A DNA stretch of 64,000 bases from a virus. Taxonomy: Duplodnaviria > Caudoviricetes. The stretch covers positions 1,688-65,687 of IMG/VR virus record IMGVR_UViG_3300037454_000974; one strand, given 5' to 3'. Shown piece after piece: positions 51,311 through 61,026 of this stretch. A model generated the notes under the pieces. It saw only the letters and a list, made by a program, of their open reading frames with translations, was not told the DNA's origin and ran no database searches. Every line of letters begins with the position of its first letter. The stretch's first letter is position 1. The translations under genes and the position numbers were made by a program.

Positions 51311-51529
51311 ATGGAAAAGAAACATTGGGAAATTGCATTAGGCAGAACGTGGCAGAACAACAAGTCCATAGATGTAGTCTGCACTGATGAAGAGTTGAAA
51401 ATCATTTGTAACGCATTGGTGGATTATGAGGAAAAAATGGGTAGGACACCAACGTCTTGCGTAGCATTCTTGAATGGTGGTGCGTCACCTTATAGACAGC
51501 CTGATTATGTATATTGTGATTGTATGTGA
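51311..51529 (+). CDS. Hypothetical early protein
   Basis: 72 aa ORF. Confidence 0.55.
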   Translation: MEKKHWEIALGRTWQNNKSIDVVCTDEELKIICNALVDYEEKMGRTPTSCVAFLNGGASPYRQPDYVYCDCM

Positions 51530-51531
51530 TT

Positions 51532-51693
51532 ATGACTGACAAGGAAGTAAATCAAATCATCGCTGATGTCTTGGAGTTGGCAGATGCGGAAAAGCAGGAA
51601 TATGTTAAGCAGGACTTGGTGCTGTTCGCACGACAGCAGGTGTTACTTGGGAATACAAGTGTCGATAGTATAGTTAGCCATTTCTTTGGATAG
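51532..51693 (+). CDS. Small hypothetical protein
   Basis: 53 aa MTDKEVNQII... Confidence 0.5.
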   Translation: MTDKEVNQIIADVLELADAEKQEYVKQDLVLFARQQVLLGNTSVDSIVSHFFG

Positions 51694-51762
51694 TTATACT
51701 CAAACGAGTACCGATAACGGGTGACTTTTTTTAAGGTTGCCCGTTATTTTTTTGCCCGAACA

Positions 51763-51801
51763 TTTGGTGGAGTCGGCGATGATGTTATTTTAGGGAATAT
51801 A
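51763..51801 (+). repeat. 39-bp element #11 (single)
   Basis: tttggtggagtcggcgatgatgt-tattttag-ggaatata. Confidence 0.95.
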
Positions 51802-51942
51802 TTACACAGTAAACATCCGGTTGAACGAACAGTCCTGTTATTGTTGCGATCCTGGCAAAAAAATAATTTGAAAAAAGTTACAGATATATTTGGCGGTTTA
51901 AATTATAATATGTACCTTTGAGCATAAATCAAAAACAAAAAT

Positions 51943-52173
51943 ATGACAAAGACACGTATCGCAGCAGTCAAACAATTAGAACGAATCCGTAGGGGTTTGG
52001 AAAAAAGATGCTCAATGAATAGATATGGAGATTTGATAACTCCAAATGAAATCAAAATGCGTTATGAGAGCGCGTGCAACGCATTTGTTAGAATGTTCGG
52101 AGAGTTGCCAACGCTGAGAGAAACAGCATTGGCTTGTTATCCTACAAGTATGTTTGTTAAAAAACTTAATTGA
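51943..52173 (+). CDS. Hypothetical early protein
   Basis: 76 aa after promoter. Confidence 0.6.
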   Translation: MTKTRIAAVKQLERIRRGLEKRCSMNRYGDLITPNEIKMRYESACNAFVRMFGELPTLRETALACYPTSMFVKKLN

Positions 52174-52174
52174 T

Positions 52175-52603
52175 ATGGCAAAGTATGTATTAGACAATTC
52201 TGATGTTGAAGAAATTATCGGTACGATAGTTGAGTTGAAACGTACTTCATTACCGAGTGGCACCTGTCCGTATGCCGCGTTTGGTGACGGACACAAGTGC
52301 ATAGCAAAAGGGTGCGATGTTCACCAAGAACAATTTTGGGCGAACTACAAAAAAGAGTGGAAAGACTTTTTTAACGAGCGCAAGGAGAAAAAGAATAGCA
52401 AGCGTATCTATGTGATGAACGCGGATATGTTCGAGGAAAAGTACATTCAAGATATGACTGATGCGGAAATCAAAGAACTCTGCGAAAAAGACGAGTGCTG
52501 CGAAGAGCACAACGTTTACGATAGCATAGAGGAACTTTCCGCTTATTGGAATAGTGACGAGATTGATTCGTGCAATACCTATATGCGCATCATTGAAGAT
52601 TAA
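52175..52603 (+). CDS. Hypothetical early protein
   Basis: MAKYVLD...; CPYAAF...C...C cluster. Confidence 0.6.
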   Translation: MAKYVLDNSDVEEIIGTIVELKRTSLPSGTCPYAAFGDGHKCIAKGCDVHQEQFWANYKKEWKDFFNERKEKKNSKRIYVMNADMFEEKYIQDMTDAEIKELCEKDECCEEHNVYDSIEELSAYWNSDEIDSCNTYMRIIED

Positions 52604-52701
52604 CTGACACGGCTCCGAGATTGAAATGCCTACTCCGATTGGGGTGGGCATTTTTCGTATCAGAACCTGATGTCCACCACTGATGATGGTGAAGGCGAGC
52701 A

Positions 52702-52828
52702 TATATTCTCTAAAATAGCAGGATACTTGGCTTCACCAAATTTCCTCTGATGTTTTTTATGATTTTCGTATAAAAAAGTAGAACAAGAATTTGGCTGAGC
52801 CAGAACTTCGTTTATTTTAGGGAATATA
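52702..52828. repeat. 39-bp elements #12(-,52702-52740), #13(+,52790-52828), divergent
   Basis: Consensus matches. Confidence 0.95.
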
Positions 52829-53066
52829 CGAGCTTCACTGCAGTGATGAGATTCCTCACAGCGACAGCAAAATCCTTTGTGTTAAAGAAGTGTTAAAAGC
52901 AGAGATTCCGTGAAAGGTTTGAAAGAAAGCGCGGTATAACTATATAGAGAACGAAATTAAATTGGAGTTCATAAAAATTTTCCAAAAAAGTTGGTAAAAC
53001 GTTTGGTGGATTCACAGAAAACCCCTATCTTTGTCTTGAAGTTAAAAGCAAAAAGAAACAATAACT

Positions 53067-53504
53067 ATGATTAAAGACATTACAATTCCGCACCCTTGCA
53101 GTCCGTGCGAGTCGCATAGAGTAATAAATCTCGGCACCGTTAGTCGCGTGGAAATAACGTGCGGTGGTGGTATGGGTGGCTTACATTGGTACGTGTATGG
53201 CACGTTTGACGAAAAACCCCAAATTGGTAAAATGGCTTATCTTACCGATGAAATAAGCGGTGAGCAGATAACTATCAATCCGAACTACATTGTTACTATC
53301 AAAGAGAAACAATTAGTAAAAGTGGAGTCTGATGTTACGCCACACACCAACTATAACGGAAAGACTTGCAAAAAGCACATTAAGATTCAATACTATTGGT
53401 TTGACTTAATGGACAATATTACCGCAGGCACGAAATACGATGGTACCGCGTCTGATAAAATTAAAAACAATTTCATTTTGGCAGAGGACAAAATCACTAA
53501 ATAA
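53067..53504 (+). CDS. Hypothetical early protein
   Basis: 145 aa after promoter. Confidence 0.65.
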   Translation: MIKDITIPHPCSPCESHRVINLGTVSRVEITCGGGMGGLHWYVYGTFDEKPQIGKMAYLTDEISGEQITINPNYIVTIKEKQLVKVESDVTPHTNYNGKTCKKHIKIQYYWFDLMDNITAGTKYDGTASDKIKNNFILAEDKITK

Positions 53505-53551
53505 AATGGAAAGAAAAGACAACAAAGTACAAACCACTAAAACTAAAAGCA

Positions 53552-53812
53552 ATGAGTAAGAAGTTTTGGGCAGTAGTAGGCACGGAAGAGAATATGTACG
53601 AGCCGCAGGTAATGGAGTTCGGTAACAAGCGTGATGCGGAGAAGTATTGCGATGAGTTTGAAACCGAGTGTGAAGAGCAGGGCTACGATTCCTACATAGC
53701 AGGAGTAGCAGAGAGCGAGCAGGAACGTGACGAATTGGAGCGCGAGGTTCAGCAGTACCGCAGGGACACAATTTTGGGGAACTTTGGCGAGGACGTAGGT
53801 GAGAACGGCTGA
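53552..53812 (+). CDS. Acidic hypothetical early protein
   Basis: 86 aa, followed by terminator. Confidence 0.6.
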   Translation: MSKKFWAVVGTEENMYEPQVMEFGNKRDAEKYCDEFETECEEQGYDSYIAGVAESEQERDELEREVQQYRRDTILGNFGEDVGENG

Positions 53813-53907
53813 TGCCCAAGTGCCAAGAACAGATAGGCTATCCGAGAGGGTAGCCTTTTTTGTTTTCCGTGAGCAGGTGTGATACCCATCAACAGAAGGC
53901 GGCTGCC

Positions 53908-54023
53908 TATATTCTCTAAAATAATAGGAAGTCTGACTCAGCCAAGAGATTGGGTATCTTTTTTTAAAAAAAGTCAATGAAGAATTTGGTGGAGCCAAGG
54001 GAAACATTATTTTAGAGAATATA
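53908..54023. repeat. 39-bp elements #14(-,53908-53946), #15(+,53985-54023), divergent
   Basis: Consensus matches. Confidence 0.95.
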
Positions 54024-54157
54024 ATATAGCCCGTCGTCCTGATGAGCGTCAGCGTGGCTGTATAAAAAATATGTTTTTGAAATTAAGATTTTTTAATAAA
54101 GATAATTTGGATAACTGAATAAAAGTTCCGAACTTTACAACGTAACGAAAAAAAGAA

Positions 54158-54322
54158 ATGGTTATGAAGAATTTTTGTTATGTTTTAATAAAGGACAAAG
54201 CCCCGTGTCGTCAGAGTTTCGAAGAATACGAAGACGCGGTGCAGGCATTCAATGATAACAAAAAGGAAAATCCGTCATTGTTTCGCGAATATTATGAGGG
54301 TGGTTCAATTCAAATAATGTAA
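54158..54322 (+). CDS. Small hypothetical protein
   Basis: 54 aa MVMKNFCYVL... Confidence 0.5.
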   Translation: MVMKNFCYVLIKDKAPCRQSFEEYEDAVQAFNDNKKENPSLFREYYEGGSIQIM

Positions 54323-54326
54323 CATT

Positions 54327-54545
54327 ATGGCAAAGATTTATAGGATTGAAATTTGGTGCAGTGATGATAGTTGCACAGAGTTTTGGTTTGACAAACCGCT
54401 TTCTGATTTTTACACTGATAAAAAGGTAGCAGAAAACGAGTTAAAGAAGTATGACGGGCTTAACAGTGATGAACTTGCTTCAAAGTGCGATGTTTTATAT
54501 GTTGGCATCAATAAGCCCAATATTGTTGAATATGATTTATTATAA
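54327..54545 (+). CDS. Hypothetical early protein
   Basis: 72 aa ORF. Confidence 0.55.
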   Translation: MAKIYRIEIWCSDDSCTEFWFDKPLSDFYTDKKVAENELKKYDGLNSDELASKCDVLYVGINKPNIVEYDLL

Positions 54546-54548
54546 ATT

Positions 54549-54830
54549 ATGAAAACAAGAGAGTTTTTTGATTGGTTTCTTGAAAGAGTAAATGATTATG
54601 ATTTACTTCATACGATAGTTGTGCCCGATGAACCTGAGCAAACCGAAAATTGGTGGTGGGATAACGTGGGTAGTTTACCGCCTTCGCCAATACCTGCAGG
54701 TGAATATTTAATGGCGGTTCCCAATGAAGGCTATAATGCTCTAATATCTGATTTGTGCAGTCATTTCAATGCTGATGTTGAAATAGAAAGCGGTGACGGA
54801 TATGTTTATCTTTATAAGATTGAAAGTTAA
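54549..54830 (+). CDS. Hypothetical early protein
   Basis: 93 aa ORF. Confidence 0.55.
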   Translation: MKTREFFDWFLERVNDYDLLHTIVVPDEPEQTENWWWDNVGSLPPSPIPAGEYLMAVPNEGYNALISDLCSHFNADVEIESGDGYVYLYKIES

Positions 54831-54899
54831 AAAACCTTAAACGTTTGGTAGACTCAATCGAGTATATTATCTTTGTGGCAAATATAACACGAAAGCGAT

Positions 54900-55751
54900 A
54901 TGAAAATAATTGTAACACGAGAGTCAAGGTACACTGAGCGTACACCTGAGATTGAGATGTTTTTGCGTGAAGCACGCAGGTTCACACCCCATAGCATAGC
55001 CGAGCAGAAGGACTTGTGTATGAAGGCAAAGACAGGTGACAAGAAGGCGCAGGATGAACTTATCAATAGCAACCTCTTGTTCATTTTCTCCGTTTGCCAA
55101 AAGTATGCCAAGGGCAATGATGTACTTGATTTGATAGGCGTTGCGACAATTGGTGTCATCAATGCGATTCGTTGTTATGATATTAACCAAGGTGTATCTT
55201 TCCTTTCGTATGCCGTGCGTGCAATGCAGGATGAGATATTGCAGGTTATCAATAACAATACCCTTATAGTAAATAAGGCGGAATATAAACTGCGTCCCAA
55301 GATGTTAAAGTTACGCGATGCGTTCTTTCAGAGTGCCGAGCGTTATCCCACAGAGGGAGAAATGGTAGCATTACTTGAAGCCGAGGGTATGGACTCAAAC
55401 GAGTACCAAGTAATGCCGATGTCTTTTACATCATTCTCTGATGTCGTTGGCGATGACGATGCAACCATAGAAGAGTGCGGACAAATAGCAGTTGCTACTG
55501 CGACAACCAATGACGGAGAAACCACAATCCAAAGTTCTGATAATAAGATTCAGATTGAACGTTTGCTTGATAAATTACCGCCAATAGAAAGGCGTATTAT
55601 TGAAGGGTTGTTTGGTATTAACGGGCCAGAAGAACCGATTGACGAAATAGCAGAGAAGTTGGGTTTCACAACCGAGCGTGTGCGGCAGTTGAAAGCAAAT
55701 GCAATTGCTAAGATGCATGTTATGGCTAAAAGAGCGAAACTTGTTATATAG
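54900..55751 (+). CDS. Sigma70-family RNA polymerase sigma factor (phage copy 2, in the early cassette region)
   Basis: AQDELINSNLLFIFSV, DLIGVATIGVINAIRCYD...SFLSYAV (region 2); ERYPTEGEM (region 3); IDEIAEKLGFTTERVRQL (region 4). Confidence 0.88.
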   Translation: MKIIVTRESRYTERTPEIEMFLREARRFTPHSIAEQKDLCMKAKTGDKKAQDELINSNLLFIFSVCQKYAKGNDVLDLIGVATIGVINAIRCYDINQGVSFLSYAVRAMQDEILQVINNNTLIVNKAEYKLRPKMLKLRDAFFQSAERYPTEGEMVALLEAEGMDSNEYQVMPMSFTSFSDVVGDDDATIEECGQIAVATATTNDGETTIQSSDNKIQIERLLDKLPPIERRIIEGLFGINGPEEPIDEIAEKLGFTTERVRQLKANAIAKMHVMAKRAKLVI

Positions 55752-55859
55752 GTTGATGTTAATATTGATTATAGGTAAGAAAGAGGCGCGTTGTGAAACG
55801 TGCCTTTTTTGTTTGTCCGTAGTTGATGCCCACGCCGACTTCTGAGTCGTCCGGATGTT

Positions 55860-55898
55860 TATATTCCCTAAAATAACAGAACAGTTGGATTGCCCAAA
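55860..55898 (-). repeat. 39-bp element #16 (single)
   Basis: RC tttgggcaatccaactgttctgt-tattttag-ggaatata. Confidence 0.93.
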
Positions 55899-55994
55899 TT
55901 TTTTGATAGAAAATTTATCAAAAAAAGTCACTTTTTTATTTGGTGGTTTCAAATGAAAGCGTTATCTTTGTCATAGAATTAAGAAAGAAAAGAA

Positions 55995-56423
55995 ATGTAT
56001 CGCGCAGAAACAAACTACGGAGAGATTATCAAACACGCTTATAACTGCATTTCGCGGTTTGGGGGCGTTCTTATGAGTTTTCCAAAATCGGCTGATTCGT
56101 ATTTCCGTGTTGGCATACCCTATACGATTTGGGCACCATCAAATATGGCTATGTACGTATGGGGCATTAGGTACGACAGGATTGTAATCCACGTTGGCAA
56201 GAAAAACGGCAACGTAATTGAAGACATTAGTGGCGTTGGTAGTTTTGAAATGCCGTTAAAGGATTTAAGCAACGATTATTGTTTCCAACTTTGGTGTACT
56301 TACATTAGTACCATTAAAAGAGATTTGACAACTCACGGTTGGAATAGTTTTGCAGGACTTTTTACTGAAAAATTTGATTCGTATTATATTGACGTTACTA
56401 AACAAAACTATTTAAAGGATTAA
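55995..56423 (+). CDS. Hypothetical early protein
   Basis: 142 aa after promoter. Confidence 0.6.
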   Translation: MYRAETNYGEIIKHAYNCISRFGGVLMSFPKSADSYFRVGIPYTIWAPSNMAMYVWGIRYDRIVIHVGKKNGNVIEDISGVGSFEMPLKDLSNDYCFQLWCTYISTIKRDLTTHGWNSFAGLFTEKFDSYYIDVTKQNYLKD

Positions 56424-56427
56424 AGAA

Positions 56428-56628
56428 ATGGCAAACGAGAACAATTATCAAAAGTCAGTTGCAGGACACCGCCTGCATTACTTTTTCAGCGAAGATGCTG
56501 AAGGCTACGAGGTTTACAATGAGTTGGACGATTCCCTTGAGGCAGTGATTCCGTATAACGCGATTCCCCTGCTTGAGCATTGCTCCGATGATGACATTCT
56601 TTCTGCGATAGACAGATACGCAGTGTGA
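56428..56628 (+). CDS. Hypothetical early protein
   Basis: 66 aa, followed by terminator. Confidence 0.55.
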   Translation: MANENNYQKSVAGHRLHYFFSEDAEGYEVYNELDDSLEAVIPYNAIPLLEHCSDDDILSAIDRYAV

Positions 56629-56702
56629 CTTTCATTCTTTTACTTTTTTGGCACTCACCCTCACGGGTGGGTGCTTTTTTTTTAAAAAAAGTCAGCCGAA
56701 GA

Positions 56703-56949
56703 TTTGGTTGAGTCAGATCGCTGATTATTTTAGGGAATATATCACCTGGGAGAGTCGTCCTCCTCAACGCTTATGTTCAGAGTTAAGTTATTGATAATGT
56801 GTATTATGGGCAGCCGCAGCGGCCGGGTGATGACAGACGTCAGCGGGCTGAACCAAGATGCGATGGTGGTGAACAGGAGATACAGTCGGAACCTGTCGAT
56901 GGCGGCGGATCTTATTCCCTAAAATAACATCATCATTGGCTTCGCCAAA
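56703..56949. repeat. 39-bp elements #17(+,56703-56741), #18(-,56911-56949), convergent
   Basis: 169-nt insert. Confidence 0.95.
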
Positions 56950-57046
56950 TTTTTAGCAATGTTTTTTTATATCATTTTTCTCCTTTTTTATTTGGTGGAG
57001 TAAGAGAAAAGTCGTATATTTGCATAGAGATTAAAAAAGAAAAGGT

Positions 57047-57178
57047 ATGAAAGATATGTTAAGAAACACCCACAAAGCAATGGCTGATTACTACCGCCAA
57101 TATATAAATGGTGATGCCTACATTCCATTGCAGGATTTACCGCGTTACGAAAGAGCGTTTAAAAAAATCTATAAATAA
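57047..57178 (+). CDS. Small hypothetical protein
   Basis: 43 aa after promoter 56991-57022. Confidence 0.5.
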   Translation: MKDMLRNTHKAMADYYRQYINGDAYIPLQDLPRYERAFKKIYK

Positions 57179-57298
57179 AAAAGGATATGGGAAAGAAAAG
57201 TTTAGAGACAATGGTTGATGAATCAATGAACAAAGTTGCAAAATAATTTGGCGAAGTCAAATTAAAGTGTTATCTTTGTAGTATAAAGGAAAAAGGAA

Positions 57299-57703
57299 AT
57301 GGAAAAGTACAAACCCCTAACAAAAATCGAGGATATAGATTTATATATCATCGAGGAAGAGAACGGAAAGAAAACGGTTCGCCCCCTTGGTTACGGTTGG
57401 AGTGATGCCGTTGGTGACAAAGAAAATCCCACAATTTTTGCTTTTGTTGACATGATATGTGACAGGATTCCTATTGAGGAATTTGTCGAGAATATCAAGC
57501 CCGAAAAGAGTGCGGACTACGTTAACAACCTCTATGAGGGAGCGCGTCAGTATCAGACAGACTTCGACTCCGAGGAAGAACTATTGCAGTACATCAACAC
57601 CTATTTCAACGGCGAATGCGCTGACTACAGACTCGAATATAAAGACATTACAATAGATACCCCCTGCGGTTTCTATGCAGCATCAACATCAAATTTGGAA
57701 TAA
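57299..57703 (+). CDS. Acidic hypothetical early protein
   Basis: 134 aa after promoter. Confidence 0.65.
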   Translation: MEKYKPLTKIEDIDLYIIEEENGKKTVRPLGYGWSDAVGDKENPTIFAFVDMICDRIPIEEFVENIKPEKSADYVNNLYEGARQYQTDFDSEEELLQYINTYFNGECADYRLEYKDITIDTPCGFYAASTSNLE

Positions 57704-57705
57704 CT

Positions 57706-58155
57706 ATGTGCCTCTATCTTAAAGATATAAATTCGCAGATCGCCAGGAATGACATCGTTTGTTATAAGGTGATGTTTCACAACAAGCAGAATAACGTCAT
57801 ATGTACTCCGTTTAGATTAGTTCGCCCTAATGCAGATGTATTGAGTGGTTACGCTAATTTCAGAGCCGAGTTTGCAGAAACACCAGTGGAGAAACTTCTT
57901 GAGCCGATTAGACTCGATTCATGGTTCCATACGTACAATCCCGAATACACAGCACAGGTTGGTGAGGGATTCATACATACCTATATGTTTGCCAGTCATG
58001 CCGTAGAGGACATGGGCACCGAGTGTTTTGCAAGGAAAGATTACCTGCTTTACAGGTGTGTGATTCCAAAAGGTACGGAATATCTTGCAGGTACATATAG
58101 TGCTTATCCCTGCTATGCAAGCCGAGAGATAAGATTTGAAGGCATCGTAGATTAG
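57706..58155 (+). CDS. MCL-family paralog 5
   Basis: MCL...CYKV...TPF...GFIHTY...YRCVIPKGTEYLAG...YASREIRF. Confidence 0.7.
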   Translation: MCLYLKDINSQIARNDIVCYKVMFHNKQNNVICTPFRLVRPNADVLSGYANFRAEFAETPVEKLLEPIRLDSWFHTYNPEYTAQVGEGFIHTYMFASHAVEDMGTECFARKDYLLYRCVIPKGTEYLAGTYSAYPCYASREIRFEGIVD

Positions 58156-58290
58156 TACTCGATTGAGTACCCAAGCATAAACTTCTTTTCCCATTTCTTT
58201 TTCCGGAAGGGGCGCGTCAAAAAGATGCGCCCTTTCTTTTTGGCCGGCCCACGCCTGATGGATGATTTCCATCACGAGGAGGATACAGTT

Positions 58291-58329
58291 TATATTCCCT
58301 AAAATAACAGAACATCCGGTTCAGCCAAG
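58291..58329 (-). repeat. 39-bp element #19 (single)
   Basis: RC cttggctgaaccggatgttctgt-tattttag-ggaatata. Confidence 0.93.
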
Positions 58330-58460
58330 GATCCTTGGTTCTTTTTTCATAATTTCTGTGTTAAAATATTTAACGCAAATCTGTATTATTTTTAACAATT
58401 AAAATTTGGACAAACGGATTAAACCAATTATCTTTGTTATATAATTAAAAAAGGAAAGAT

Positions 58461-59288
58461 ATGAGTTACACAATTCTTTATCGCAGTATGTTTGTAAAAC
58501 TGAGTGACGGCAGGTTTATACCGATGATTGAAGCCGGCTGCAACAACGTATGGGAAGCAGACAATAAACGCAGAGTGCGCCATTGGCAGCAGGCAAACTA
58601 TCTTGTTCCTGGAAAGAATTTTCTTACCGAAGACGAAATCTTGACAGGAGTAGATAACTTTATCAATATAGTAAAGAGCTGCTATGTAGGAAAACCGAAG
58701 CCTGACTATGAGGGCGGAGACGGAGTTATTACTTATACTGACAAAGAGTTGGAAAACAGGTTCGGTTACTTTGAGGGTGTGTCTATCTATGGTAAAAGTA
58801 CCCACGTTACCACCGCGCAACAAATACGCAATTTCTTTAAAAAGGGTATTGAACGCGCCATTTCCATAGATGAAATTATGCTTCGCGTTCACTGGACGAT
58901 TAAATGGCCCGAAACTGAAAATAACTATCCCAAAACTGAGGACGAACTTTTTGCCATAGTTGAAGACGGGGAGAAAAGGGGATTTGACGTTTGGATTGAT
59001 TTTGCCGATCCTTGGAAAATAGAACGTATTTGGGATAGAAAAAAAGCAGAAGCCAAAAAGATACGTACGAAAAAAGAGCATACCAAAGGGTATGTAGTTA
59101 CATGTAACAGCCGTTATCTTGAAAAGGCAACGTCTCGCTATTTTCACCTAAGTAGCTATATCGAATACGCGCACGTCTATCCCTTACGCGCTACCGCAGA
59201 AAAAATGCAAAAACGCATATCACGCCGTTATACTTCAGAACTAATCGAAGTCGAAAAGGTAAACGGAAAGTGGCAACGCACGGCATAA
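58461..59288 (+). CDS. Hypothetical early protein
   Basis: 275 aa between promoter and terminator. Confidence 0.7.
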   Translation: MSYTILYRSMFVKLSDGRFIPMIEAGCNNVWEADNKRRVRHWQQANYLVPGKNFLTEDEILTGVDNFINIVKSCYVGKPKPDYEGGDGVITYTDKELENRFGYFEGVSIYGKSTHVTTAQQIRNFFKKGIERAISIDEIMLRVHWTIKWPETENNYPKTEDELFAIVEDGEKRGFDVWIDFADPWKIERIWDRKKAEAKKIRTKKEHTKGYVVTCNSRYLEKATSRYFHLSSYIEYAHVYPLRATAEKMQKRISRRYTSELIEVEKVNGKWQRTA

Positions 59289-59348
59289 CCAATTCGGAAC
59301 TAAATTAAAGATGCACCTCAAAAAGGTGCATTTTTTTTTGCCTAAAAA

Positions 59349-59520
59349 TTTGGTAGAGTCAGCGGCTGTATTATTTTAGGGAATACAACATCCCAGGACC
59401 AGCTGCAGTTGCTGGAGACCTGGCCGGTCTTTACCGGTAAAAAACTGGCAACTGTAGGAGATAACCTCCTCTGCAGGCAAGTATATTCCCTAAAATAGCA
59501 GGAACATTGGCTTGGCAAAA
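59349..59520. repeat. 39-bp elements #20(+,59349-59387), #21(-,59482-59520), convergent
   Basis: 94-nt insert; #20 identical to #7 over 37 nt. Confidence 0.95.
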
Positions 59521-59642
59521 TAATCAAGGCGAAAAATGCTTGGAAATATTGAAAAAATTTCGGTGTTAAATATTGTGAAAATATTTGGCGGAATCAAATT
59601 AAAGCCTTATCTTTGTTTCAGAAATCAAAAGAGAAAAAGAAT

Positions 59643-60167
59643 ATGGCAAACAGAGAAAGTGATTGGCAGGGGCTTCTCGAAGGATTCAACGAGACATTAG
59701 CACCGCAGGGAAAAGTAATCTTGGTTGAACAGAACGAAGACGAAAGCACATACAGTATCAGCGTTTCAATGCCTAATGGCAAAAAGGAACTTTACGCTGA
59801 CAACTACTACGAGGACGAATTGTGCAATTTGCTCCCTGACGTTTTGGCTTGGGCTTCCAACTATACAGTTTATGAGGAAGATATGACAAAGAGCGAGCCT
59901 GAAAAGGTAATTGTATTGAGCGTAATTGATAGCGATTGTGAGCGTCACCTTTTACGTGCATATAAAGGTAAAAGACTTGCCGACATAGAAGGCAAAGATT
60001 TGATACCGGCCCTTCGTGCCTTCGCTGACGATGATAGTTTTGCCGAAGAGTTTGAAAGCGAAGACGATTTGAAAAAAATGGCAGATATACTTGCCGCAAA
60101 TTCTTTTGCAGAAAGTGACAACGACTATACATACGAACTTCACTATGTTGAACTGACAACTTTTTAA
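59643..60167 (+). CDS. Acidic hypothetical early protein
   Basis: MANRESDW... Confidence 0.65.
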   Translation: MANRESDWQGLLEGFNETLAPQGKVILVEQNEDESTYSISVSMPNGKKELYADNYYEDELCNLLPDVLAWASNYTVYEEDMTKSEPEKVIVLSVIDSDCERHLLRAYKGKRLADIEGKDLIPALRAFADDDSFAEEFESEDDLKKMADILAANSFAESDNDYTYELHYVELTTF

Positions 60168-60171
60168 CACT

Positions 60172-60693
60172 ATGGCAAAATCAGTAAAGCAATCGCAACT
60201 TTTGTTATCAACCGATTGTGACGAAAAGGCTTGGCGCGAATCAGTTGTAGAGTACTGCAATGCAAACGAACTTGAAATACCCGAATTGGGTACTGAAGAA
60301 TCATTTGATTTGACACGTGAAATGATTGACGATGACATTGATTGTTTCTTCGACAACCTTAACTATTCAAAGATTAAGGATGCTGACTTTGTAATCACAG
60401 GTACACTTGGGTTATGGCACGGCATACATGAATTTGATAGTGCCCCCGTTATCAATGGTTTGGAAAAGGCTATCAAACGTTGTCTTGGCAGAGACATTGA
60501 GGACTACGATATTAAACTCAATAAGGGAGTTATCGAGGTATCAGCCCACCACCATGACGGAACGAACCATTTTGAAATCCGTAAATTGGGTAAGCGTGCG
60601 CCACAAATGATTAAGGATAAAGTTGGCACTTTGTTCTATGGCGAAGTCAAAGATTATTGGTTTGAAGAAATTAAAATCAATGACATTTTTTAA
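60172..60693 (+). CDS. Hypothetical early protein
   Basis: 173 aa; GTLGLWHG and SAHHHDGTNHF motifs. Confidence 0.65.
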   Translation: MAKSVKQSQLLLSTDCDEKAWRESVVEYCNANELEIPELGTEESFDLTREMIDDDIDCFFDNLNYSKIKDADFVITGTLGLWHGIHEFDSAPVINGLEKAIKRCLGRDIEDYDIKLNKGVIEVSAHHHDGTNHFEIRKLGKRAPQMIKDKVGTLFYGEVKDYWFEEIKINDIF

Positions 60694-60777
60694 CATTTAA
60701 AATTTGGTAGAATCAAATTAAATCCTTATATTTGTATCGTGAATCAGTTAGTAATATTAACCTTTAAAATTAAGGAA

Positions 60778-61026
60778 ATGGAGAAAAAGACTTTTGTAGT
60801 AACGCACACCGCGAATCACGAAGAGGGTGCAAGTGTAAGAATCGTTGACGTTACCGATGTAGCGGAGTTGGAGCAGTACGGCTTTGAGGTAGGTATTCCC
60901 TATCAGCGCGGTTTGTTCCCCTATAACCGCAATAAGAGCAAGCGCGGTTTCCGTTGCATAGAGGATATGCGTGTCGGCACTATCATCAAGGGAGAGCAGG
61001 GCGCATACCTTCAGAGAATCGCATAA
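60778..61026 (+). CDS. Hypothetical early protein
   Basis: MEKKTFVV... after promoter. Confidence 0.6.
   Translation: MEKKTFVVTHTANHEEGASVRIVDVTDVAELEQYGFEVGIPYQRGLFPYNRNKSKRGFRCIEDMRVGTIIKGEQGAYLQRIA

Noticed and set aside
54039-54046. CTGATGAG as a hammerhead ribozyme core
   Set aside because: No stem II followed by GAAA and no complementary arms nearby
1655-59147. Antisense shadow ORFs (e.g. 1655-2224, 14111-14518, 33042-33389, 38508-38900, 58437-59147)
   Set aside because: Lie opposite well-supported genes, with Ser/Leu/Phe-rich composition expected from reverse-strand codon bias
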